Origin: an uncultured Acidobacteriaceae bacterium | GTDB taxonomy: Bacteria; Acidobacteriota; Terriglobia; Terriglobales; Acidobacteriaceae | Direction of reading: 5' to 3' | DNA length: 64,000 nucleotides | Assembly: GCA_963813475.1 (NCBI GenBank) | Contig: CAWEZM010000024.1 | Location: 10,415-74,414 of the forward strand | The notes under the pieces: generated by a model | Databases searched by the model: none | Told to the model about the DNA's origin: nothing | The model's input: only the letters and a program-made list of their open reading frames with translations | Made by a program: the position numbers and the translations under genes | Shown: in pieces, positions 47,538 through 57,990 of the stretch | Position numbering within the stretch: position 1 is the stretch's first letter | Layout: every line of letters starts with the position of its first letter

Positions 47538-48737
47538 TTGCCCGTGGATCAGCAGGAAAAATCCGACCGAGTATCCAAGGCTTTAGACAGCTTTCGCATC
47601 GAGATACCTTCCTGGGGTTTTGCCAATACCGGGACACGCTTCGGCAAGTTCATGCAGGTTGCGGCAGCGAATTCGATTGAAGAGAAGTTCGCCGACGCGG
47701 CCGAGATCCATCAGCTCACCGGTGTCACGCCGACCTTGGGGTTGCATGTCGAATGGGATCTTCCCGAGGGTGTTGCGAGTGTGCCGCGCATTCGGGCGCT
47801 GGAAAAGAAATACCGGATTTGCGCTGGTTCCATTAACCCCAATCTCTTCCAGGCACAGGAGTACAAGTACGGGTCAATTTGCAACCCGGATGCGGAAGTG
47901 CGGCAGAAGGCTCTGGCGCACCTTCTGGACTGTGTGGAGATCGCCCGGCAACTGGGATCGCAGGACATATCCCCGTGGGTTTCCGATGGCTCGAATTATC
48001 CGGGAACGCAGAGTATGCGGCAGCGCATCGGCTGGATGGAAGAGATCTTCAGCCAGGTGCATGCGGCTCTGCAGCCCGATCAGCGGCTGCTGATCGAGTA
48101 CAAGCCATTCGAGCCGGCTTTCTATCACACCGACATTGCCGATTGGGGCATGGCGCTGGAGCTGGCGCGACTGGCGGGACCGCAGGCCAAAGTGTTAGTC
48201 GACACGGGCCATCATTACCAGACGCAGAATATCGAGCAGATTGTCGCATGGCTCTTGCATCTGGAAATGCTGGGCGGCTTTCACTTGAATGACCGCAGGT
48301 ACGCGGATGATGACCTGACGCTTGGGTCCATCGATCCTTACCAGATCTTCCGCATCTTCCACGAGATTTTGAGTTATTCCGCGGAGCCCGGCAATCGCAG
48401 CCAGATCGCCTTCATGATCGACCAGAGCCACAATCTGAAAGGCAAGGTCGAGGCTATGGTGCAAACGGTGGTTCAGGCGCAGGAGCTGTATGCCAAGGCG
48501 GCCCTGGTGGATCTGGAGCAACTGGATACACTGCAGAAACAATGCAAGCTGGTGGAGGCCGAGGAGCTTTTCCGCTCCGCTTTCTGGGAGGATGTGCGGC
48601 CGTTGGTGCGCGCGTGGCGGCTCGGGCAGAGCCTGCCGGGAGATCCATTGCGGGCGCTGAGTGAGAGCGGCTACGTGGATCGCATCTCCCGGGAGCGGGC
48701 GGCTAAGAACGCGACTATCTCTACTACTTACGCGTGA
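47538..48737 (+). CDS. L-rhamnose isomerase (xylose-isomerase-like TIM-barrel, Pseudomonas stutzeri type)
   Basis: FRIEIPSWGFANTGTRFGKF.., LHVEWD, VDTGHH. Possible starts are TTG 47538 or GTG 47544, the latter 6 nt after AAGGGG. Confidence 0.7.
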   Translation: MPVDQQEKSDRVSKALDSFRIEIPSWGFANTGTRFGKFMQVAAANSIEEKFADAAEIHQLTGVTPTLGLHVEWDLPEGVASVPRIRALEKKYRICAGSINPNLFQAQEYKYGSICNPDAEVRQKALAHLLDCVEIARQLGSQDISPWVSDGSNYPGTQSMRQRIGWMEEIFSQVHAALQPDQRLLIEYKPFEPAFYHTDIADWGMALELARLAGPQAKVLVDTGHHYQTQNIEQIVAWLLHLEMLGGFHLNDRRYADDDLTLGSIDPYQIFRIFHEILSYSAEPGNRSQIAFMIDQSHNLKGKVEAMVQTVVQAQELYAKAALVDLEQLDTLQKQCKLVEAEELFRSAFWEDVRPLVRAWRLGQSLPGDPLRALSESGYVDRISRERAAKNATISTTYA

Positions 48738-48788
48738 GAATCCTTTGAAAATTTAGCGTCCCCGGTTTAGGGCGGCGGCATCCGCCCA

Positions 48789-48822
48789 CCCGTCCTGCGT
48801 GGTGAGGACGGGGTTTATTGCT
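48789..48822 (+). terminator. Possible rho-independent terminator/attenuator after the isomerase gene
   Basis: CCCGTCCT-GCGTGGTG-AGGACGGG (8-bp stem) followed by GTTTATTGCTT. Confidence 0.45.
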
Positions 48823-48872
48823 TGCGATTCTGTATAGAATTAACGGTTCTAATGAATATCTGAGGGCTGACG

Positions 48873-51079
48873 ATGACTACCAGTACAATGACCGAACTAC
48901 GCTATCTGGAGGATCGCTGGGACGATAAAGTGGCGAGCACTCTCGATGAGCAGGAGTTGTTGCGCTACCGTTCCAACCTGCTCGGATCCGATCTGCGCAT
49001 CACCAACTTCGGAGGCGGCAATACCAGCTCCAAGATCGTCGAAAAAGATCCGCTGGATGGCGCCGCACGCCGGTCTTATGGGTGAAAGGAAGCGGCGGCG
49101 ACCTGGGCAGCATAAAACGCAGCGGTTTCGCCACCCTCTACCTCAACAAGCTGCTTGCGCTGGCCGATAGCTATCGCGGGGTGGCGTACGAAGACGAGAT
49201 GGTGGAGATGTATCCGCTCTGCACCTTCGGAAGGAATAGCGTCGCTGCCTCCATCGATACCGCGTTGCATGGGTTTCTCCCCTTTGCCCATGTCGACCAT
49301 CTTCATCCGGATTGGGGCATCGCGCTGGCGGCCTCCGCCAATGGCCTGGAGAAGCTGGCCGAGTTCAATGCGCGTTTCGGACGCAAGCTGGTCTGGTTGC
49401 CCTGGCAGCGTCCTGGTTTTGAATTGGGCATGATGCTGCGCAACGCGGTGCGGGACAATCCGGAGTGCGACGGAGTGGTTCTCGGCGGCCACGGTTTGTT
49501 CACCTGGGGTAATACGCAGCGCGAGTGCTATCTCAACACCATCACCATCATCGATCAGCTGGGGCAGTTCGTGCAGGAGCAGGTGAACGCCAGGGGCGAG
49601 CGGATCTTCGGCGGTCCTCGCTACCAGGCGCGCAAAGATCACCGCGAGCTGGCGATCGATATCCTTCCTTATCTGCGCGGGCGGGTCTCGGTGAGCAAGC
49701 GCATGATCGGAACGTTTAGCGCGCTGCCCGAAGTGCTTACTTTCATCAACGCAAAGGAAGCACAAAAATTTGCGTTCCTCGGAACCAGCTGTCCCGATCA
49801 TTTCGTGCGCACCAAGATCCGGCCGATGTATGTTCCCTGGAATCCGGAAGACGATCTTCAGAGTTTGCGCAAAGCGATCGACGAAGCGCTGGCCCAGTAT
49901 CGCAAGGACTATGCCCACTACTACCAGCAGTACGCCAAGCCGGAAGATCCGGCGATGCGCGATGCCAGCCCCACGGTGGTGCTGATTCCCGGCATCGGCA
50001 TGTTCAGCTTCGGCAAGAGCAAGACCGAGTCGCGGATTACCGGCGAATTTTATGTCAATGCCATCCACGTCATGGAGGGGGCCTCGGCGCTGGAATCTGG
50101 CGCGCCGCCTGCGGTTCTGCCGCAAGCGGGTCCGGCTGCGGAGAGCGCGTTGTTCCAGGTCCATTGCAACTACGTCGCGCTGCCGCCCTCGGAGGCGTTT
50201 CGTATTGAGTACTGGGCGCTCGAAGAGGCCAAGCTGCGCCGCCAGCCTCCGGAGAAGGAGCTCAGCCGCTACATCATGCTCATTGTTGGCGGGGGCAGTG
50301 GCATCGGAAGAGAAGTGGTTCGCCTGGGCGCAGGGCGAGGAGCGCATGTGGTGGTCGCCGATCGTGATCTCGCAGGCGCTTCAAAATCGGCGGAACTGGT
50401 CACTGCGGGGAAAGAATTTCAACTGGCCGCGGCGGTTGATATCCGCGACCGGGCGGCGATTCGCGCATTGCTGCGGAAAGTAGTGGCGGAGTTTGGCGGC
50501 CTCGACATCGTGGTCAACACGGCGGCGATCTTTCCTTCCTCCGCGGATGGCCACGTCACCGATGAGCAGTGGGCTGCGACATTGCAGCTGAATGTGACGG
50601 CCAACCATCTGCTGGTGGATGAGGCGGCGAAGATATTTGCCGAGCAGGCGCTGGATGTCTCGGTGGTTCTGACAAGTTCTGCCAACGCGGTGGTCGCCAA
50701 GCGCGGCAGTGAAGCGTACGACGTCAGCAAAGCCGCGGTCAGCCACCTGGTGCGTGAGATGGCCGTTGCCCTTTCGCCGCGGGTGCGGGTGAATGGCATC
50801 AGTCCGGCAACGGTGGTCAAAGGGTCGACCATGTTTCCGCGCGACCGGGTGATGGCTTCGCTGACTAAATACAACCTGCCCTTCGAGCGAACGATGACGG
50901 ATGATGAGCTGCGCACGCTGCTGGCTAATTTTTATGCGCAGCGTACGCTGACGCATCAACCTATCGATCCGGAAGACTGCGCAAACGCCATCCTGTTTCT
51001 GGCCGGGCCGCAGGCGCGGTGCACCTCGGGTCATTTGATCCCCGTCGACGGCGGGCTGCCGGAGGCGTTCTTGCGATGA
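48873..51079 (+). pseudogene. Bifunctional rhamnulose-1-phosphate aldolase / short-chain dehydrogenase with a frame break near 49055-49070
   Basis: The N-terminus LRYRSNLLGSDLRITNFGGGNTSSKIVEKDPLDG stops at 49083-49085. The conserved TPVLWVKGSGGDLGSIK.. continues in the frame of ORF 49082..51079, which carries the aldolase part and a C-terminal SDR domain (IVGGGSGIGRE.., SSANAV.., YDVSKAAVSHL). Confidence 0.8.
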
Positions 51080-51086
51080 GGGTGCG

Positions 51087-51141
51087 GAGTCTGTGTCATA
51101 GCAGAACCCAATAGGAACAGGACCGGTGCCCCAGGTTCGCC
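51087..51141. repeat. Half-copy of the 36.7-kb inverted-repeat family, immediately after a stop codon
   Basis: GAGTCTGTGTCATAGCAGAACCCAATAGGAACAGGACCGGTGCCCCAGGTTCGCC matches 36667-36721 (GAGTCTGTGCCTTAGCAGAACCCAATAGGAACTGGACGGGTGCCCCACGTTCGCC). Both begin less than 10 nt after a plus-strand stop codon. Confidence 0.75.
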
Positions 51142-51195
51142 AACCTGCCCCGGCTCGCCGTGGAAGCGTAGCTGCGCCGAAAAATCCGGGGGTAG

Positions 51196-51676
51196 CCCCA
51201 TAAGCGCTAACTTGTTTAGGATGTTTTTCGTCAAAACTCCCACGAAATCGTCATCCTGAGCGGAGCGCTCACAGGTTATCGCGTGACAGAACGCTTCGTA
51301 GCGCGGAGTCGAAGGACCTCGGCGGGGCTTATCTTACCCATGCTGCTCGGAGCTTTTCGACCACCGAGGCCCGAGAACAGCATCTGCGCGGTACGCACTT
51401 GATGGTCACGGGTAAATCTTTTCATGCACCGTAATCATCTTCCATCCCCAGGTCTGTTCCACGTTTTTGAACTCGGGATTGGCGCGTCCGCCCGGTGCGG
51501 GCTTCGGTGGTTGAAAAGCTCCGAGCAGCACGGGTAAGATAAGCCCCGCCGAGGTCCTTCGACTCCGCGCTACGAAGCGCTCTGTCACGCGATGATCTGT
51601 GAGGCGCTCCGCTCAGGATGACGATTTCGTGGGAGTTTTGACGAAAAACATCCTAAACAAGTTAGCGCTTATGGGG
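51196..51676. repeat. Large palindromic (long-hairpin) intergenic element, copy 2 (most complete)
   Basis: The arms 51196-51373 and 51498-51676 are reverse complements with about 6 mismatches and 1 indel over about 178 nt (aligned by hand). The central core is about 124 nt. It is homologous to 41511-41918. Confidence 0.85.
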
Positions 51677-51821
51677 AGTAGCCCCCACAATCGCATTTGC
51701 GCAATCCGCAAATCGATTTTCGATAGTAAAAGCATTCAATCGGATCTATCCACTCCTCCGATGACACACAGCCCCGAAGGGCTTCTTCTACGTCGCGGAA
51801 CTTCGATTTGGTGGCTTGGGT

Positions 51822-53408
51822 TTAGGCGTGCTCGGGTGCGGCTAGTACTTCATAGGGGCGCATCATTTCGTTGTCCTCATGCTCCAGGATGTGGCAGTGC
51901 CAGACATAGCGACCGGCGAAGCCTTCGAAGGGGATGATGATGCGGGTGATCAGGCCGGGGTCGGCGCGGACAGTGTCCTTCCAGCCGCTCTCGGTGGGCG
52001 CTGGCGGAATCGCAGGGCCGGTGAAACGCACGGTCCCCTTGTCCTGAAACTCGAATGTATCGAAGGGCCTGCGGTCGAGTATCTGGAACCTGACCAGGTG
52101 CAGATGGATGGGGTGCGCATCTTCGGTCAGATTGACCAGCTCCCAGATTTCGGTCGTGTTCAGCACCGGCTTCTCGGTTACCGGCATGTGCCAGGGAGTG
52201 TTGTTCAACAACATGCCCATCGATTGCTGAACCATGTCCATGCGCTCATCCAAAGTGAGACGGCGCGTTTTCACGGCGCGGCTCTCGGGAATTTTTGCAT
52301 AAGTGCGCAGCTGCGGAGGAAGAGTAGAGGCATCCGGCGCTGGCTTGACCGCGACGCGGAATTGCATGATGTCGAAGGCGTCGCTGCGCAACAGAATCTT
52401 TTCTCCCGCATGCGCGCTGAAGTCGAAGACGAAATCGATTCTCTCCGCGGGAGCCATCACTACCCTCTGGGCTGCGATCGGCGCGGGCAGCAATCCTTGC
52501 TCTGTCCCGATTTGCTGGAAGGTGAGTAATTTGCCCAGCGAAAAGCGGTAAAAGCGGCCGTTAGATCCGTTCATGAGGCGGAAGCGATACTTGCGCGGCT
52601 CGACATCCAGGTACGGAAAGAGCTTGCCGTTGACCAGAATGGCATTGCCGAAGACTTCGGGAACCCACGGCGTCTCCGGCTTGGGAGAGACGGGATATTC
52701 GAGCTGCCCGTCGGGCAGAAGAAAGCGATCGTAGACCAGCAGCGGAATCTCGTATTTTCCTTGAGGAAGTTTCAGCGCGTCTTCCACTTCATCACGGATG
52801 AAATACATGCCTTGCAGTCCGGCATAGATGTTCAAGCGATTGATGCCCATGGTGTGGTCGTGGTAGAAGAGCATCGCCGCATCCTGCCGATTGGGATAGT
52901 GGAAGGTTGCGGACTTGCCGGGGACGCACCAGTGCTCGGGATAGCCATCGCTGTCTGGCGGCGTCTTGCCTCCGTGCAGGTGAATCACACTGCGCACCTC
53001 GGGCAGATTGGCTTCGGCGCCGTGCAGTGTGTGATCGATGGGCAGAAAGTGGCGCTGCGGGAGATCGTTGACCCATTCCACGATCAGGCCATGATTGCTG
53101 CGGGTTTCAAACGTCGGTCCCGGTGAGCTCGAGCCAAAGCCCCACATGCGGGTGGCCGGCAAGTCGCGGTGGACTTTCGATTCGATCGCCCGCATGGCCA
53201 TGCGGTAGTAAGGAAGTTGCAACCCAGGATCGTCCGGGCTGGGGCGCATGCCGCTGGGCTGCGCGATCTCCGGAATAGGGAGTGGATCGACGTAGGGAGT
53301 CAGCTTGTCAGGATCAAGGGTGGTTTGCTGCAGAGAGGGCAACTTGCTGACGGATATCCCGGCGGCCAATATTCCGGTTCGCTCCAGGAACCTGCGACGC
53401 GTAATCAA
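51822..53408 (-). CDS. Tat-exported multicopper oxidase (CotA/bilirubin-oxidase-like)
   Basis: MITRRRFLERTG (Tat leader). Four copper motifs: IHLHGG, YHDHTMG, HPIHLHLV, WHCHILEHEDNEMM. Confidence 0.9.
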   Translation of the reverse strand: MITRRRFLERTGILAAGISVSKLPSLQQTTLDPDKLTPYVDPLPIPEIAQPSGMRPSPDDPGLQLPYYRMAMRAIESKVHRDLPATRMWGFGSSSPGPTFETRSNHGLIVEWVNDLPQRHFLPIDHTLHGAEANLPEVRSVIHLHGGKTPPDSDGYPEHWCVPGKSATFHYPNRQDAAMLFYHDHTMGINRLNIYAGLQGMYFIRDEVEDALKLPQGKYEIPLLVYDRFLLPDGQLEYPVSPKPETPWVPEVFGNAILVNGKLFPYLDVEPRKYRFRLMNGSNGRFYRFSLGKLLTFQQIGTEQGLLPAPIAAQRVVMAPAERIDFVFDFSAHAGEKILLRSDAFDIMQFRVAVKPAPDASTLPPQLRTYAKIPESRAVKTRRLTLDERMDMVQQSMGMLLNNTPWHMPVTEKPVLNTTEIWELVNLTEDAHPIHLHLVRFQILDRRPFDTFEFQDKGTVRFTGPAIPPAPTESGWKDTVRADPGLITRIIIPFEGFAGRYVWHCHILEHEDNEMMRPYEVLAAPEHA

Positions 53409-53420
53409 ATGAAAGCCTCA

Positions 53421-53472
53421 GGGAAAACATAAATGAAGCAGGGCATCGGGAGAAGAGCTCCCTTTGCCCTGC
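53421..53472 (-). terminator. Rho-independent terminator after the phosphoesterase gene
   Basis: On the minus strand, GCAGGGCAAAGGGAGCTCTTCTCCCGATGCCCTGC forms a long interrupted stem, followed by TTCATTTATGTTTT. Confidence 0.6.
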
Positions 53473-53497
53473 CGGTGTTGCGGTTTGGTGCGTTTGG

Positions 53498-55078
53498 TTA
53501 GTTCGTGGGTTGGCCCGTCGAGGTGTCCAGGATCAAAGGAGTGGTGTCGGGGTTCTTGAAATCAAACATCGGGTTCAAGCGGCCGGCAAGGTTATCAAAG
53601 GAGCCCGTGATCCGTTGACCACCCAGCCAGTTGTCCTCGATAAACCGCAGAATCGAGGTCTGGTCAGTGACCGTGTGATCGACGTAGTTCTGTCTGGAGT
53701 AGGGTGAGATGACCAGGAGAGGAAGACGGGGACCATACCCGCAACGTCCCTGGGCATGCTCGATGGTGACACCGGCAAGAGCGCCAGTTCCAGTTCCGCA
53801 TTGGCCGGGGGCGGTGAGGGCATCCATGGCAGTAGCGGATTGGTTCACGATCGGACCCATCTGGTGGTCATACCAGCCGTCGGAGTCGTCATAAGCGATG
53901 ACTACGGCGGTGCTCGCCCAATCCTTCTGCTTTTGCAGGAAGTTGATGACGGTGGTGACGAAGGTCTGCTCGTCCAGAGGATCGGAGTAGCCGGCGTGAC
54001 CGTCCTGATAACCGGGCGCCTTGAGGTAGCTCACGGTGGGGAAGTTGCCGGCGTTGATGGCGTCGAAGAAGTCGTGCGTGTCGTACTGGTGATTTGCCGG
54101 GTCGCCGTTGATGCCAACGGTGCTCGGTGAGGTCGGCCGGGTGTGCTTCAGGTTCTGGGTGGAGGTGTAGTACTGGAAGGGCTGATGATGCGGAATGTAA
54201 TCCGCCTTGTTGGTCATCGTGACCGTGGAGGTGGTGCTGCGGCTGCACCCGGTGGTTCCGTTAGCATTCTTAACCGTCAGGTCAAAGCCGCCCTCGAAGA
54301 ATCCCCAGCTGATGCCAGCGGCATTGAGCAGGTCACCGACGTTTTGTCCACTGAACGCAACCTGCGCCCCGGTGGTGGTGGAGCAAACGTCCCCGATGGG
54401 GTCAGCGTCGCTGACCAGGGTGAATCCGCCACCACCGTCGGACACAACATCCGCGCTGGCGGCGACCTGGTCACTCACACCGTTCAGCTGGCCGGAGATC
54501 AGGTTGACTGCGCCGTCAGTAGAGGGCCCAAAGTTCGTGCCAAAGGAGTTGTCGCTCATGGCAAACCGCTGGGCGTAATTCCAGTACGCGGTAACCGTGT
54601 TTCCGTCGTAGTAACCCATCACCAGCCCAGTGGTCGGTTGACCGTTGGGCGGAGGACCGGGTGTGCCGGTGTATTTTGGAAACGAATCCATCAACCCGCC
54701 GTGAAACGCCTGCTGTTCCGCAGTGTAGTCGTGATCCTGATCGGCGGTTGAGGCCTGGGAACGATCGAGGCGGAAGGGATTGGTGGCCCCGTCTGCGTTC
54801 ACGGTGTTTAAGGCATTCGGATTGTTGTAGAGCAATCCGTCGGTATAGCCATTCACCGCGGGGGTTCCGGGCTTAGCGATAAACCGCGGCTGTCCAGCAG
54901 GATTGAGAGCCTTTGGATAGGTGCCGAAGTAGTGGTCGAACGAGATATTTTCCTGAAAGATGACGACGAGATGCTTGATCGGTGTGGTGGTCCCCGATTG
55001 GGCTTCCAAAACAGTTGGATTGATGAGCGTCCCGGCGAACATCAGCGAGGCTAAGGACGTGGCTACGAGCTTCTGCAT
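53498..55078 (-). CDS. Secreted phosphoesterase-family enzyme (non-haemolytic phospholipase C / acid phosphatase AcpA-like)
   Basis: Signal peptide MQKLVATSLASLMFAGTLINPTVLEAQS. Hallmark HLVVIFQENISFDHYFGTYP. Start set at the ATG ending at 55078. Confidence 0.85.
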   Translation of the reverse strand: MQKLVATSLASLMFAGTLINPTVLEAQSGTTTPIKHLVVIFQENISFDHYFGTYPKALNPAGQPRFIAKPGTPAVNGYTDGLLYNNPNALNTVNADGATNPFRLDRSQASTADQDHDYTAEQQAFHGGLMDSFPKYTGTPGPPPNGQPTTGLVMGYYDGNTVTAYWNYAQRFAMSDNSFGTNFGPSTDGAVNLISGQLNGVSDQVAASADVVSDGGGGFTLVSDADPIGDVCSTTTGAQVAFSGQNVGDLLNAAGISWGFFEGGFDLTVKNANGTTGCSRSTTSTVTMTNKADYIPHHQPFQYYTSTQNLKHTRPTSPSTVGINGDPANHQYDTHDFFDAINAGNFPTVSYLKAPGYQDGHAGYSDPLDEQTFVTTVINFLQKQKDWASTAVVIAYDDSDGWYDHQMGPIVNQSATAMDALTAPGQCGTGTGALAGVTIEHAQGRCGYGPRLPLLVISPYSRQNYVDHTVTDQTSILRFIEDNWLGGQRITGSFDNLAGRLNPMFDFKNPDTTPLILDTSTGQPTN

Positions 55079-55366
55079 CAGTGCTCCCTTCGATACCGGC
55101 TTTACGGCCGCCATCCAGCATTAATGGTGGAATATTAAAAACCGGTGATCAGGGAGTAACAGATTGTTAAATTTGGCTCTTTTGCACCGTATCAAACAAG
55201 TCATCCTAGCCGAGGCTATGGTGGCGGGAAAACCTTTCGGCCTCTGACTGGAGCGTTGAGCCAGTTTTTGGGAATTTTTCCAGAATTGTGACGTGAGCGC
55301 GAATCATCGCAAGATTATGTGAATTCGCCGCAAATCATGCGGCCGCTTTCTGTCACAATCACGGTA

Positions 55367-56218
55367 TCAAGGCGGGACCCGGCCTGCGGATTTTTCCAGA
55401 AGCTGAATCGCCGTCCGGTAATCCACGCCGTCAGGGACCAGGGAGAAATGGCTGGCTTGCTCCGTGATCTGAAAACTGAGAGATTTGACCATCAAGGCCT
55501 TGCCTTTCATGTTCAACTTCAGGCTTGTCACTTCCCAGTCGTGGCCACCAATGTCCGCCTGTTCAATCTGTATGGTTCCCCCTTTGTCGAGCTTGCCGAT
55601 GATTCCCCATCCGAAATCTACATTGGAGATGAGATGCGCATCGAGGCGGGTGAGCCGTTCCTGGGCCTGGTCGATCCAGACCTCGCCTGCCATCCCGCGA
55701 AAAACAGCGGCCTCTATATCGGGTGGAGCGAAGCTCGGATTGGGAGCGAAGCTCAGGCGATAGCATTGTCCCGCGCCGCAGCCCACCATGCCTTCGAAGT
55801 GATACAGGAACGCATCTGGCAGCAGTTGCATCAGGCGGTTTACGCGATCCGCATCTTTCTGCTCCCGCTCGCGACGATGCTCCTGGATCTCGGGGTGGCC
55901 GGCCAAGGTATTCAGGCGGTCCAGTTCGGCTTGGCCGGCCTGGGCGCTTAGCGGTTGGCCGCTGATGGCGACCAGGCGAGCCACATCTCCATCCTTGGTT
56001 TCGATAATGTCCTTGGTGGTATCGTGCAGGCCATCCGTTTTGCGCAGAAGATATCGGAGCGGACGATGGTTTCGGGTGGCGCCCATGCGATGTTGTGTGG
56101 CGCGGCGCACCAGGGCGGTCGGATCGATGGGCGCGGATTGTTGCGTTGGTGGAGACAAAATCCAGGCAGGCGCAAGTGCTAGCAGAATCGGCTCGAGGAG
56201 GAAGGTGCGGGGGATCAT
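55367..56218 (-). CDS. Hypothetical secreted protein
   Basis: 283-aa ORF with a hydrophobic N-terminus (MIPRTFLLEPILLALAPAWIL), balanced composition and no recognisable motif. Confidence 0.4.
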   Translation of the reverse strand: MIPRTFLLEPILLALAPAWILSPPTQQSAPIDPTALVRRATQHRMGATRNHRPLRYLLRKTDGLHDTTKDIIETKDGDVARLVAISGQPLSAQAGQAELDRLNTLAGHPEIQEHRREREQKDADRVNRLMQLLPDAFLYHFEGMVGCGAGQCYRLSFAPNPSFAPPDIEAAVFRGMAGEVWIDQAQERLTRLDAHLISNVDFGWGIIGKLDKGGTIQIEQADIGGHDWEVTSLKLNMKGKALMVKSLSFQITEQASHFSLVPDGVDYRTAIQLLEKSAGRVPP

Positions 56219-56432
56219 CAGGTTTGATAGGTGTGGCCTGTTTCTTAGACGTTGTGGCGCTCCCTACAGCCAACCTGGAGCAAGGACTTTTTAGGGCGTC
56301 CTTGATGGCACGCCGTGGCCTGTCCTGTCACCCTATTTGTGCCATCCCCAGTGGTACTTGCGGTCGCATCTTTTGTTACTTACGACCTAGCCTTAGTTTC
56401 GCAGCTCCGTGGTAAGGTAAAACGTTGGAACT

Positions 56433-57932
56433 ATGGAGAGTGGGCCTTTGTTGGTGACAAATCGCCGGGAGTTTCTTCGCCGCGCGGCCTCCAGTTCGAT
56501 GTTGGCAGTGCTGCCCCGGTGGATGCACGCGGAGCGCGCGCGTACCAAGACGGCGACCCTCTTCGTTACGGATGCAACGGAGAAGCATGCCGCGCGCCCA
56601 GCCTTGCAGTGGGCGAAGGCAGAAGGCGGTGCGCCGGCCGCCGCTATCGAAATTGATAGCACGCGTCAACTCCAGCCTATCCTCGGCTTTGGCGCGGCGC
56701 TCACTGACGCCTCCTGTTTCCTTTTGAGTGGAATGCCGGCTGCCGCCCGCCATGCTTTTCTGACCGACGTTTATTCACCCTCGGGATTGAACCTGAATCT
56801 AGGCCGTTGCTGCATCGGCTCGAGCGATTACTCGCGCAGCGTCTACTCCTATGACGATGTTGCCGATGACATGAACCTGGACCACTTCAGCCTGAAGCAG
56901 GATGAGGCCTACATCCTGCCGATGCTGCGCGAGATCCTCGGGATCAAACCGGATCTTTTTGTCATGGCGACCCCGTGGAGTCCTCCAGGCTGGATGAAGA
57001 CCTATGGAACAACCTTCGGCGGTCGAACGACGGAGAACTATCTCGGCCCTTACACCCATTCCCTTTGGGAGCTATCCAACGGATCGATGAAGGGTGGTTG
57101 GATGTCAGAGAAATATCTCGGTGTGTACGCGCAATACCTATGGAAATTCCTGCAGGGCTATGCGCAGGCGGGAGTGCCGGTGCATGCGCTCAGCACGCAA
57201 AATGAGATTGTGACCACCCAGTATGGAAGAATGCCGGCCTGCCGTTGGTCGCCGGAGTTGGAAGCAGTGTTCATCCGCGATCATTTAGGTCCGCTGCTAC
57301 GCGCGCAGCACCAGCAGACCCAGATCTGGCTGCTCGATCATAACTACAATTTTTACGAACGCGTGGCATGGCAGCTCCAGGATCAACAGTTGTGCAAGTT
57401 TGTGGACGGAGTGGCATGGCACGGCTACTCGGGTACACCGGATCAAATGAGTCTTCTAAACCAAAAAGATCCGAACGTCCCTTTCTACTGGACGGAGGGC
57501 GGCCCCTTTATCGACGACGCCGATTACGGCACGGGCTGGGCAAAGTGGGCCGGCAACTTCACCGATGTACTTGAGAATTGGTGCCGCTGCGCGATCACGT
57601 GGAACCTGGTGCTCGATCCGCGGGGTAAGCCGAACCTCGGGCCCTACAACTGTGCAGGCCTAGTAACACTCAAGGATGATGGGAGCTTATGGAAGAGCGG
57701 CCAATACCATGCGCTTCGCCACTTCTCGCTGCATCTGCAGAAGGACGGCAGGCGCATCGCCAGCCAGACCGCTGTGCCAGGATTGCGGCATCTGGCGGTG
57801 GAAAATCCTGATGGCAGTTTCGCCCTGGTTATGACCAATCCGGGAGAAGCGAAAGATCTGCGCGTGGTCGTCGCTGGACAACAGCTTTCCTTCTCTATAC
57901 CCCGCGATTCTGTCGCCACCTTGGCCTGGTAA
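56433..57932 (+). CDS. GH30-family glycoside hydrolase (glucosylceramidase-like) with a Tat-type leader
   Basis: NRREFLRRAASSSMLAVL; ILGFGAALTDASCF; MATPWSPPGWMKT; ALSTQNE. Confidence 0.85.
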   Translation: MESGPLLVTNRREFLRRAASSSMLAVLPRWMHAERARTKTATLFVTDATEKHAARPALQWAKAEGGAPAAAIEIDSTRQLQPILGFGAALTDASCFLLSGMPAAARHAFLTDVYSPSGLNLNLGRCCIGSSDYSRSVYSYDDVADDMNLDHFSLKQDEAYILPMLREILGIKPDLFVMATPWSPPGWMKTYGTTFGGRTTENYLGPYTHSLWELSNGSMKGGWMSEKYLGVYAQYLWKFLQGYAQAGVPVHALSTQNEIVTTQYGRMPACRWSPELEAVFIRDHLGPLLRAQHQQTQIWLLDHNYNFYERVAWQLQDQQLCKFVDGVAWHGYSGTPDQMSLLNQKDPNVPFYWTEGGPFIDDADYGTGWAKWAGNFTDVLENWCRCAITWNLVLDPRGKPNLGPYNCAGLVTLKDDGSLWKSGQYHALRHFSLHLQKDGRRIASQTAVPGLRHLAVENPDGSFALVMTNPGEAKDLRVVVAGQQLSFSIPRDSVATLAW

Positions 57933-57990
57933 GCTTCCTCTCCTAACGACTTCTTCATCACAAGACGTCGCTCATTTCCGAATACTCCAC

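Noticed and set aside
49076-50347. 423-aa minus-strand ORF opposite the aldolase/SDR gene
   Set aside because: Its composition is Arg/Ala/Gln-rich and it is fully contained antisense to a gene with strong conserved motifs. It is a typical high-GC shadow frame.
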